A stretch of DNA of 64,000 bases from Actinomycetes bacterium (GTDB taxonomy: Bacteria > Actinomycetota > Coriobacteriia > Coriobacteriales > UBA8131). The notes under the pieces are model-generated. The model was not told the origin of the DNA. It did no database searches and was given only the letters and a program-made list of their open reading frames with translations. Position numbers and translations under genes: made by a program. The stretch's first letter is position 1; every line of letters starts with the position of its first letter. The stretch covers positions 1,105 through 65,104 of the forward strand of contig WRGR01000039.1 in NCBI GenBank assembly GCA_009787085.1, written 5' to 3'. This document shows positions 9,164-17,085 of the stretch, piece by piece.

Positions 9164-9242
9164 TGCGTTATACTGCTTCAACGAGGCTCTTATTTAGGCC
9201 GTCAACCTGAGGCCGTAATCGGAAACTGATAGAAAGGCGACC

Positions 9243-9923
9243 ATGGAAGTCCAACTGCTCTACCACACACCGAAACCAGAACGGGCGGTGGCCACCGCTG
9301 CCCGGCTTTGCTATGCGCCAGTGGGAGCAGCTGAGCTGATGGAGCAGATGAGCGAGGCAGACACAGCCAAGGTGCTGGCCACTATTATGAAAAGCGGTCA
9401 TCATTCGGCTTTGGAGCACGCCAGCTACACGTTTGCGGTCGATGGGGTAAGCCGGGCGTTGACACACCAGTTGGTTCGCCATCGGCTGGCCAGCTATAAC
9501 CAGCAAAGTCAGCGCTACGTGACCTACGAGGGTCACTTCGAGCCGGTGTGTCCGCCAGCAGTAGCCGCTGAATCTGAGACAGCGGCAATTTTCCAAGAGG
9601 CGATGGCTGCTGCTTGGGCGAGCTACGGGCGCTTGATTGAGGCTGGCGTTGCAGCTGAAGATGCCCGCTATGTGCTGCCTAACGCGACGGTCACCAAGAT
9701 CGTGGTGACCATGAATATCCGTGAGTTGCTGCATTTCTTCACCGTCCGCCTCTGCCATCGGGCACAATGGGAAATTCAAGATTTAGCAGCGAGAATGCTT
9801 GATCTGGTTAGGCCGACCGCTGCTTACATATTCGTGGATGCTGGTGCGCCCTGTCGGCGCAGCTGCTGCCCAGAAGGGGCGATGAGCTGTGGCCAGCCCT
9901 TTGAGAGGATCGAGCGCCGATGA
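9243..9923 (+). CDS. thyX: FAD-dependent thymidylate synthase
   Basis: GHHSALEH, VSRALTHQLVRHRLASYNQQSQRY, EDARYVLP, AQWEI. Confidence 0.96.
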   Translation: MEVQLLYHTPKPERAVATAARLCYAPVGAAELMEQMSEADTAKVLATIMKSGHHSALEHASYTFAVDGVSRALTHQLVRHRLASYNQQSQRYVTYEGHFEPVCPPAVAAESETAAIFQEAMAAAWASYGRLIEAGVAAEDARYVLPNATVTKIVVTMNIRELLHFFTVRLCHRAQWEIQDLAARMLDLVRPTAAYIFVDAGAPCRRSCCPEGAMSCGQPFERIERR

Positions 9924-11320
9924 GCGAGCGTATTGATGGTGCTGCGGCATCAGCCGGTGAAGGGGTTTTAGGGAAACGCCAGTTGGCACCGTCCCGTGAG
10001 AGTGCGGCCCGCCGTGCCCACGACACAGAGGGGGTGCTCTGCCAAACGCACATCGGTGGCCAAGCCTTGCTGGAAGGCATCATGATGCGCGGGCGTTACA
10101 ATTGGGCGGTGGCTGTGCGCGAGGCCAACGGCAGCATCTACACTGAGCAACACGACCTGATCAGCGGCCGGGACAAGAACTCATGGATGTACAAGCCAGT
10201 GGTGCGCGGCTGCACGGCTCTGGTGGAGTCCATGGCGCTGAGCTATCGGGCGCTGACCATTGCCTCCGAGCATGCCTTTGCCGGCATTGACGAAAGTGAT
10301 TCCGAGGCAGGGGAGGAGGTCGTGGCTGCGGTGCCTGACGACAGTGCGACACCTGCGGATGGTGCCGCTCCGACCGACAACGCGGCATCAGCCGACAATG
10401 TAGCGGCATCCGGCAACGCCGCTCCGGCCGGCAGTGCCGCTCCGGCCGACAACGCCGCTCCGGCCGGCAGCGTGGCAGCGGCCGGCAGCGTGGCCTTGGA
10501 CAGCGGCTCCCAGGCCACAGCCGTACCGCCATCTGCCGACAGTGTTCCAAGCAGCCCCCCGGCCAGTGGCACCCCGGCCGACGCTGTCGCCGACCCCGAC
10601 AAAAGCGGCTCCGAGATCCCCAAGCCACTGATGACTGCGAGCATGATCATTGGTCTGCTGCTGGGTATCGGCATCTTTATCGCCTTGCCGGCCCTGATCA
10701 CCAACCTGATCGTCGGCGACTACGGCGACAAGACCCTGCTTTGGAACATCGTTGACGGCGTGCTGCGCATTGTCATCTTCATCGTCTATATTTGGCTGAT
10801 CGGTCGAATGCCGGATATCCAGAGGATGTTCGGCTATCACGGTGCTGAGCACAAAACCATCCATTGCTATGAGCATGGCCTAGAGCTGACCCCGGCTAAT
10901 GCCCAGACCTTCCCGACCCTGCACGTTCGTTGTGGGACGGCCTTCATGCTGATGACGATGATCATCGCCATCTTGGTGTTCACCATTGTGCCGGTGGCAC
11001 CGTTGATAGATCTAATGGGTGTCACCAACCCGGTGTTGCGTCTGCTTTTGGTTATTCTGGTGCGCATTATCTTACTGCCCTTGGTTGCCGGCTTTTCCTA
11101 TGAGGTTACCGTGAAATGGGCGGGCAGCCGTCCGGAGAACCCAATTGTCCGGGTTGTCCTCTGGCCGGGCATGCAGATGCAGCGGCTGACCACTAGGCAG
11201 CCTGACGAGGGGCAGCTGCAATGTGCGATTGCCGCCATGCAGCTGGTGTTGGAGCGGGAGGATGCTGAGTCCAAGCCTGCCCAGACGAGCGGTGGCGACC
11301 CTGCTCACAATCTGGCATAG
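9920..11320 (+). CDS. DUF1385 (YqhQ-like) membrane protein with a repetitive insertion
   Basis: IGGQALLEGIMMRG, YHGAEHKTIHCYE, HVRCGTAF, QRLTTRQPD; usual position near rpmE/thyX. Confidence 0.9.
   Translation: MSERIDGAAASAGEGVLGKRQLAPSRESAARRAHDTEGVLCQTHIGGQALLEGIMMRGRYNWAVAVREANGSIYTEQHDLISGRDKNSWMYKPVVRGCTALVESMALSYRALTIASEHAFAGIDESDSEAGEEVVAAVPDDSATPADGAAPTDNAASADNVAASGNAAPAGSAAPADNAAPAGSVAAAGSVALDSGSQATAVPPSADSVPSSPPASGTPADAVADPDKSGSEIPKPLMTASMIIGLLLGIGIFIALPALITNLIVGDYGDKTLLWNIVDGVLRIVIFIVYIWLIGRMPDIQRMFGYHGAEHKTIHCYEHGLELTPANAQTFPTLHVRCGTAFMLMTMIIAILVFTIVPVAPLIDLMGVTNPVLRLLLVILVRIILLPLVAGFSYEVTVKWAGSRPENPIVRVVLWPGMQMQRLTTRQPDEGQLQCAIAAMQLVLEREDAESKPAQTSGGDPAHNLA
10343..10500 (+). repeat. 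Degenerate 18-bp in-frame tandem repeat (about 9 units, NAAPAG-like)
   Basis: SATPAD GAAPTD NAASAD NVAASG NAAPAG SAAPAD NAAPAG SVAAAG. Confidence 0.85.
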
Positions 11321-11418
11321 CAGCATTAGTCGGCGCCCCTCTTGCCGCATTAATTCGGCGCTTCTCCAAAAGCGCTATACTGAAAGCGTAGGAAAATCGA
11401 CACGAAAGGTATTGCTCG

Positions 11419-12177
11419 ATGTCCGGACATTCCAAGTGGGCAACCACCAAGCACCGTAAAGCTGCGCAAGATGCCAAGCGCTCAGCGCTTTTCTCCAAGC
11501 TCTCTCGCAATATCACAGTTGCCGCCAAAGAGGGCGGTGACCCCAACCCTGAGAACAACGCCACCCTAGCGGCGGCGGTGGCTAAGGCCAAAAGCTATTC
11601 TTTGCCGAAGGATAAGATCGACACGGCCATCAAGAAGGCCTTCAGCAGCGGCTCAGACGCTGCGCACTTCGAGACGGTGGTCTACGAAGGCTACGGCCCG
11701 GCCGGGGTGGCGGTTCTCGTGGAGGCGCTGACCGACAACCGTAACCGCACCGCTGCCGATGTCCGTTCGGCTTTCTCCCACTCTGGCGGTAATTTGGGCA
11801 CCACTGGCTCTGTGGCCTTCCAGTTCGAGCGGATGGGGCAGTTGACGCTGGACAAGGCGCAGATGGCTGATGAAGACGAGTTCATGTTGGCTGTGGCCGA
11901 AGCCGGTGGCGAGGATTACGAAGATGCCGACGAAGAGTGGGTGGTGACTACTGCTCCCACTGATCTTGCGCAGGTTAAACAGGGTTTGGAAGCCCAGGGT
12001 CTAGAAGTTAGGGGCTACGAGCTGATCATGCAGGCCACTACGCCGACTAAAGTCGATGTGGCGGATGCCAAGAAAGTGATGCGCCTTGTTGATCGGCTAG
12101 AGGAGCTGGAGGACTTGCAAAACGTCTACCACACCATGGAGATCACCGACGAGATTGCTCAGGCTTTAGAGGAATAG
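11419..12177 (+). CDS. yebC: YebC/PmpR family protein
   Basis: MSGHSKWATTKHRK, YEGYGPAGVA, TDNRNRT, QNVYH. Confidence 0.96.
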   Translation: MSGHSKWATTKHRKAAQDAKRSALFSKLSRNITVAAKEGGDPNPENNATLAAAVAKAKSYSLPKDKIDTAIKKAFSSGSDAAHFETVVYEGYGPAGVAVLVEALTDNRNRTAADVRSAFSHSGGNLGTTGSVAFQFERMGQLTLDKAQMADEDEFMLAVAEAGGEDYEDADEEWVVTTAPTDLAQVKQGLEAQGLEVRGYELIMQATTPTKVDVADAKKVMRLVDRLEELEDLQNVYHTMEITDEIAQALEE

Positions 12178-12231
12178 GTAGGCAGGTAGTGTGGCATGAC
12201 TAATCGCTGCTTCTCGAGGCAAGGATGATCC

Positions 12232-13392
12232 ATGCGGATGCAATGGGCGCGGATTATCGAGGTCGGCAGAGTGATCGGCAGCGTCCAAGAGCTGTCCTGT
12301 GAGACTGTCGAGGCCGAGGGTACGGGTCGGGTTTTGAAGGCCCTGCACTACTTGGATTTCGGGTTGCCGGTCGCCAGCGGCCAGATGGTGATGCTCAATG
12401 TCACCGCGATCGATTTGGGCTTGGGCACTGGCGGTGTGGCTTTTGTGGTTCCCGCTCAGAGCTTTGCAGACTATCGAGGTGATGGCGGGCATATCGTTAA
12501 GTTACGCTATACGCCGCTGCAACGCGAATTGCTGAGCGTTGAGGAACAAGCCTCCCCATACCATGACCTATTAAGCGATGCCAGCTCCCTTGACGGCTTG
12601 CCAGTGGTTTGCTGCTTGCTGCACTCACAAATGCCGCTGGTGGCAGCAGCGATCAAGTATTTGGACGCAACTGCCCGGGTAGTTTACTGTATGACCGACC
12701 AAGGGGCGTTGATGATGTCCTTCTCCGATGTCGTGCGGGCGTGCAAGGGCTCCGGCCTGATCGATGCCACCATTAGCTGCGGCCAGGCGATGGGTGGCGA
12801 CATGGAGGCCGTGAACCTTTATTCGGGGTTGCTGGCGGCACGTCTGGTGCTTCAGGCCGACTACGCAATAGTGGCTATTGGCCCGGGCGTAGTGGGAACT
12901 GCCACTGCCTTTGGCCATGGCGGCCTTGCCCAAGCCGATGCCTTGAACGCCGCGTACGCCCTCGGCGGCTGTCCGGTGGCCTGTCTGCGTATCTCTGAGG
13001 CTGATCCTCGGCCACGGCATCGGGGCCTGAGCCATCATAGTACCAGTGCGCTGGGGCGTGCTTGCTTGGCACCATGCTATGTTGCGCTGCCTACCGACCT
13101 TGAGCCGGAGGTGTTAGACGAGTTACGGGAAGGGATACATAGCAGTGGCATCGGCCTACGCCATCAGGTAGTCAGGGATCAAAGCCACCTCTCCGAGATT
13201 GACCTGCGCGGCATCAAGCCGTCTAGCATGGGGCGCGGCTTGGCCGACGATCCGGCATTCTTCAAGGCTGCCAGTTGTGCCGGGATAGTGGCAGCTGGGC
13301 TGAAGGCCCGCGAGCGCGGCCAAGCATCGATGGTCGAGACAGGCGATCAGTCTGGGAGCAGCAATAAGCCGAAAAACTGGCTTGACGAGTAA
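12232..13392 (+). CDS. DUF3866 family protein
   Basis: LNVTAIDLGLGTGG, GHIVKLRYTPLQ, LHSQMP, GPGVVGT, RHRGLSHH, MGRGLADDPAFF. Confidence 0.85.
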   Translation: MRMQWARIIEVGRVIGSVQELSCETVEAEGTGRVLKALHYLDFGLPVASGQMVMLNVTAIDLGLGTGGVAFVVPAQSFADYRGDGGHIVKLRYTPLQRELLSVEEQASPYHDLLSDASSLDGLPVVCCLLHSQMPLVAAAIKYLDATARVVYCMTDQGALMMSFSDVVRACKGSGLIDATISCGQAMGGDMEAVNLYSGLLAARLVLQADYAIVAIGPGVVGTATAFGHGGLAQADALNAAYALGGCPVACLRISEADPRPRHRGLSHHSTSALGRACLAPCYVALPTDLEPEVLDELREGIHSSGIGLRHQVVRDQSHLSEIDLRGIKPSSMGRGLADDPAFFKAASCAGIVAAGLKARERGQASMVETGDQSGSSNKPKNWLDE

Positions 13393-13433
13393 GGAGCCGC
13401 TCATCTCAGCGCTTCTCCATTTGAAGGTATCCG

Positions 13434-14384
13434 ATGGACTGCCTACGAGCCTTGTCTGAGTATCTAGCTTGGCTTTCTGTGGAGAAAGGCGCAGCCGAGA
13501 AGACTCAGGAAGCTTATCGGCGCGATCTGCGAAGCTACTTGCTTTGGTTGCAGCAGGTCTTTGCGCTTGGCGACCTTGAGGCTATCGATGCAGAGTTGCT
13601 CTCCGCTTACCTGCAGGATTTGGCAGCCTTGGGTTATGCACCGGCCTCACAGGAACGGGCGGCAGCCGCCCTGCGCAGCTTCCACCGCTTCTGTGTGCGT
13701 GAGGGATTGGCCATCCATGACCCCTCTGCCCATGTCCGTCTGCCGAAAAAACCCCGGATCCTGCCCCAGACCTTGAGCATCGGGCAAGTGAACAACCTGC
13801 TTGATCAAAGCTTTCCGAACACTCCCAGCGGCATCAGAGACAAAGCCATCTTAGAGTTGCTTTATGGCTCGGGTCTACGGGTCAGCGAGCTTTGCGGCCA
13901 AGACCGCTCCCAGTTGTTCTTGGATGAGGGGCAGTTGCGGGTGCTGGGCAAGGGTAGCAAGGAACGCCTTGTACCCTGTGGTGGTACGGCGGCGGCCGCA
14001 CTCCAGCAGTACCTGCAGCAAGCGCGCAGCCAGCTGCATTGCGCCCGTCAAAGCCAGCCCGAAGAAGGAGCGGCGGTGTTTTTGAGCCAACGCGGTCGCC
14101 GCCTCAGCCGACAAGCGGTCTTCGACATCGTTCGTCAGTATGGGGAACAGGCCGGGATATCTGGCTTGCACCCACATACGTTGCGCCATTCCTTCGCCAC
14201 CCATCTCTTAGAGGGTGGTGCCGACCTGTTGAGCATCCAGCAGTTGCTCGGCCACGCCTCAGTGGCCACCACCCAAATCTACATCCACGTAGATATGGGC
14301 CACATCCGGGCGGAATACCTAGCCGCCCATCCTCGCGCCGACCGCGTGGCGAACGCCGAGAGCCATAGGAAGGGGGGGCATTGA
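13434..14384 (+). CDS. xerD: Site-specific tyrosine recombinase XerD
   Basis: RDKAILELLYGSGLRVSEL, GKGSKERLVP, HPHTLRHSFATHLL, LLGH, TTQIY. Confidence 0.85.
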   Translation: MDCLRALSEYLAWLSVEKGAAEKTQEAYRRDLRSYLLWLQQVFALGDLEAIDAELLSAYLQDLAALGYAPASQERAAAALRSFHRFCVREGLAIHDPSAHVRLPKKPRILPQTLSIGQVNNLLDQSFPNTPSGIRDKAILELLYGSGLRVSELCGQDRSQLFLDEGQLRVLGKGSKERLVPCGGTAAAALQQYLQQARSQLHCARQSQPEEGAAVFLSQRGRRLSRQAVFDIVRQYGEQAGISGLHPHTLRHSFATHLLEGGADLLSIQQLLGHASVATTQIYIHVDMGHIRAEYLAAHPRADRVANAESHRKGGH

Positions 14385-15355
14385 CGGTCGAACACTATCA
14401 CACTCCAGTTATGGTGGCAGAAGTCAAGAGGCTGTTGGCCTTGGCTCCCGGGGAGGTGTTCTGTGACGCTACGCTGGGTGCTGCCGGGCATAGCTTGGCA
14501 TTGGCATCGGCCTTAGCACCCGATGGGCTGTTGGTTGGCATTGACCAAGATGCCGAGGCACGTACCACCGCTGCCGAGCGACTGCAAGCCGCGTTCCCTG
14601 ATCTTACCTATCGCATCCTAGATGGCAATTTCGCCCAGCTGGATGACTTGCTGCTAAGCGTGGATATTCCCAAGGTGGACAAGTTCCTCTTCGACTTGGG
14701 AGTCTCATCACACCAGTTGGACGCAGCGGCGCGAGGCTTTTCCTATGCTCGGGAAGCGCCGCTGGATATGAGGATGGATCCCAATAACCAAAGCCTCACC
14801 GCCGCCGAGATCGTCAACAGCTCAAGCCAAGCTGAGCTGATCCGGATTCTCCAAGACTTCGGTGAGGAGCGTTTTGCGGTGCGCATTGCCAAACGTATTC
14901 TCCAGCAGCGTCAATGGCAGACATACGTCAACACCACGCAGTTGGCAGAAACAGTTCGCGAGGCCATTCCAGCTGCGGCCAGACGTAGCGGTGGGCATCC
15001 TGCCAAACGCAGCTTTCAGGCTCTGCGCATCGCCGTGAACGGCGAGCTAGATGCCCTGCGCCAAGGGTTAGAGGCTGCCCTGCGCTGGCTTCCGCCCGGT
15101 GGCCGCTTGGCAGTGATCAGCTACCATTCCTTGGAGGACCGCATCGTCAAGCAGTGCTTTGCCACCGCTTGTGGCGACGACGATGTGCCGCCCGAGCTGG
15201 CAGTGGCCAGTCCCAACCAAGCTCGGCAGCCGGCCTTTGAGCTGTTGTGCAAAAAGGCAGTGCTGCCCGGTGGCGAGGAGCTGGCACTGAACTCGCGTTC
15301 AGCGTCGGCCAAGCTGCGGGCGATTGTCAAACGCCGTGAGGCTGTGGAGCTGTAA
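14381..15355 (+). CDS. rsmH: 16S rRNA m4C1402 methyltransferase
   Basis: HTPVM, DATLGAAGHS, DLGVSSHQLD, PLDMRMD, FQALRIAVN, ISYHSLEDR, RSASAKLR. Its TTG overlaps the xerD stop (TTGA). Confidence 0.96.
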   Translation: MTVEHYHTPVMVAEVKRLLALAPGEVFCDATLGAAGHSLALASALAPDGLLVGIDQDAEARTTAAERLQAAFPDLTYRILDGNFAQLDDLLLSVDIPKVDKFLFDLGVSSHQLDAAARGFSYAREAPLDMRMDPNNQSLTAAEIVNSSSQAELIRILQDFGEERFAVRIAKRILQQRQWQTYVNTTQLAETVREAIPAAARRSGGHPAKRSFQALRIAVNGELDALRQGLEAALRWLPPGGRLAVISYHSLEDRIVKQCFATACGDDDVPPELAVASPNQARQPAFELLCKKAVLPGGEELALNSRSASAKLRAIVKRREAVEL

Positions 15356-15552
15356 GATTGCCGTTTACCGTCCACTTGCTCCCCCTCGGCGGCGGCCTGA
15401 ACAAACTGCCTTGATAGGGCAATCTGCGAGGTAGCCGCCTGCTGTGCTCTCTTGCGGCCAGCACAGCTTGCTGTTTAACTGCCTATGTAGTTGCATTTGA
15501 TGGCAGAGCCGCAACATCTGGTATTAACTTGGGATTAGGAATTTGTAAAGCT

Positions 15553-15582
15553 TTGACTTCCAAGGTTGGCATACGCTATAAC
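15553..15582 (+). promoter_or_regulatory. Sigma70-type promoter for mraZ/dcw
   Basis: TTGACT (15553-15558), 18-bp spacer, TATAAC (15577-15582), in an AT-rich intergenic region. Confidence 0.65.
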
Positions 15583-15706
15583 CCTATGGGTCAAAAATGG
15601 TAAGCCACACCAAAATTCTTAAAATTAAAAAATTTCTGCTTCCATTTTAGGGAACTTTAGGGTAATCTTGTAATCCCACGGAAAGCCCTACTGAACGGAG
15701 GTGAAA

Positions 15707-16249
15707 ATGTCGGACAAGGAGCGCTTGGTCGAAGAAGCGCCAGGCGAAGTTGACGCAAACTCAATAGACAGCCCTAACGTTGCTGCGACTGACGGCTTGT
15801 TCGACGAAGAGCACTACTTGGATGGCAACTTTGTAAAGAAGATCGACGGACAAGGCCGCGTTTTGATGCCACCAGAGTTTCGGAAATTCTTTGAGGGCAA
15901 ACCACTCGAGATGGTGCGCTGCTCTTATGACAATTGCCGGTTCTTGAAGTTGATGACCAAACAGAGCTATTTGGCGTGGGAGGAAAGCTTCTTTCAAGAG
16001 GTTGGCGGCTTCAAGCAGTCCGACCCGGCAATGTTTGCCAAGAAGGCGCAGTTGCGCTTGATGAAGGAGCCAGTTGCGGTGGACGGTTTTAACCGTTTGC
16101 GGATTCCGACGGCACTCCGGGATTATCTGGCGTTGAAAGACGATGTGACCTTTATCGGTCTCGGCGACTGTGTGATGGTCATGACCCCCAACAGTGCCGA
16201 TGCACTGCTCAATGGTCCTGAGATCCGAATTGAGGCCTCCGCTGCCTGA
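15707..16249 (+). CDS. mraZ: Divergent MraZ transcriptional regulator
   Basis: Two AbrB/SpoVT-like repeats, IDGQGRVLMPPEFR and VDGFNRLRIPTALRDYLAL...FIGLGD; heads the dcw cluster; acidic N-terminal extension. Confidence 0.8.
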   Translation: MSDKERLVEEAPGEVDANSIDSPNVAATDGLFDEEHYLDGNFVKKIDGQGRVLMPPEFRKFFEGKPLEMVRCSYDNCRFLKLMTKQSYLAWEESFFQEVGGFKQSDPAMFAKKAQLRLMKEPVAVDGFNRLRIPTALRDYLALKDDVTFIGLGDCVMVMTPNSADALLNGPEIRIEASAA

Positions 16250-16357
16250 AGCTGGGCAGTGCGGGTTTAAGGAGGCGGCAGGTTTTTGACGGCGTGAATC
16301 GGCAAGGCCGAGACCGGCAAGTCATGGGGAGGCTATTGCAATAGGTTCTGGGGAGGT

Positions 16358-16523
16358 TTTGACATCTGTATTCTCAGGCACGAGGCCCGCTTCGGGGCTT
16401 CGATGCAAAAAACGGGGAGTCTGGGGAATCGCATCCCAAACACTGTTGAGGCAAAATACCACAAAAACAGCAAGCCTCACCCAGACTCTTCAAAAAAATG
16501 ACTGAGAATCAGCAATGTTCAAG
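16358..16523 (+). ncRNA. Candidate structured RNA of unknown family between mraZ and ftsL
   Basis: Nested complementary helices read by eye: ATTCTCAG/CTGAGAAT, CGAGGCCC/GGGCTTCG around CTTCGG, GGGGAGTCTGGG/CCCAGACTCTTC, TGAGGC/GCCTCA, separated by A6-A7 linkers. Confidence 0.55.
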
Positions 16524-16626
16524 CCGAGGCGGCAGCCAAGGCGGGTGTTGGTGAAGAAATGGCGGTCAGCTGCTGGGGTATGAGTCCAAGGCGAGCAGGG
16601 GCAATCAAGGAAGTTAAGGTGTGGAA

Positions 16627-17085
16627 ATGGCAGAATCAGTACGTCAACTAGGTGATTATTCACAATATCGCCAAGGGGCCGCCCGCCAAGGCGCCGCCCG
16701 CCAATGGCCAGCGCCTTCATATACGCCCGAGCCACAATGGCAAACGCCCCCGAACATCAAGGAGATACCGGGCGGCAAACTGCGGTCGGCGAGTGAGTCC
16801 CAGAGGGTTCCTTTGGCGATCAAGGCTGCCCTTGTTATGGCCTTCATGATTTTGTTAGCTGCCATGATTACGACGGTCGGCATGTGGGACCTCAGCTCCA
16901 AAGCCCGGTACAGTCAAAAAGCGGCCAGTGCTCGGATCTCGGCGCTGAATTCAAGTGGCAGCATTTTGGAGGCTGAATATTCAAAATTAACCAACCCCCA
17001 AAACATCCAGCAGCAGGCAGCTGAAAAACTCGGCATGTCAGAAGACACCGACCCGGAGTACTTGCAGGCCGAGGTTAGCCGATGA
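16627..17085 (+). CDS. ftsL: Cell division protein FtsL-like
   Basis: Cytoplasmic N-terminus, one TM, coiled coil ending LTNPQNIQQQAAEKLGM; directly before ftsI. Confidence 0.75.
   Translation: MAESVRQLGDYSQYRQGAARQGAARQWPAPSYTPEPQWQTPPNIKEIPGGKLRSASESQRVPLAIKAALVMAFMILLAAMITTVGMWDLSSKARYSQKAASARISALNSSGSILEAEYSKLTNPQNIQQQAAEKLGMSEDTDPEYLQAEVSR

Noticed and set aside
13434-14384. Prophage or ICE integrase
   Set aside because: Size and motifs fit housekeeping XerD; it is embedded among core genes with no mobile cargo.
15478-15524. Tandem NrdR-like boxes 31 bp apart upstream of mraZ
   Set aside because: Only the second (CCGCAACATCTGGTAT) fits well; the first misses core positions, and the target gene is implausible.
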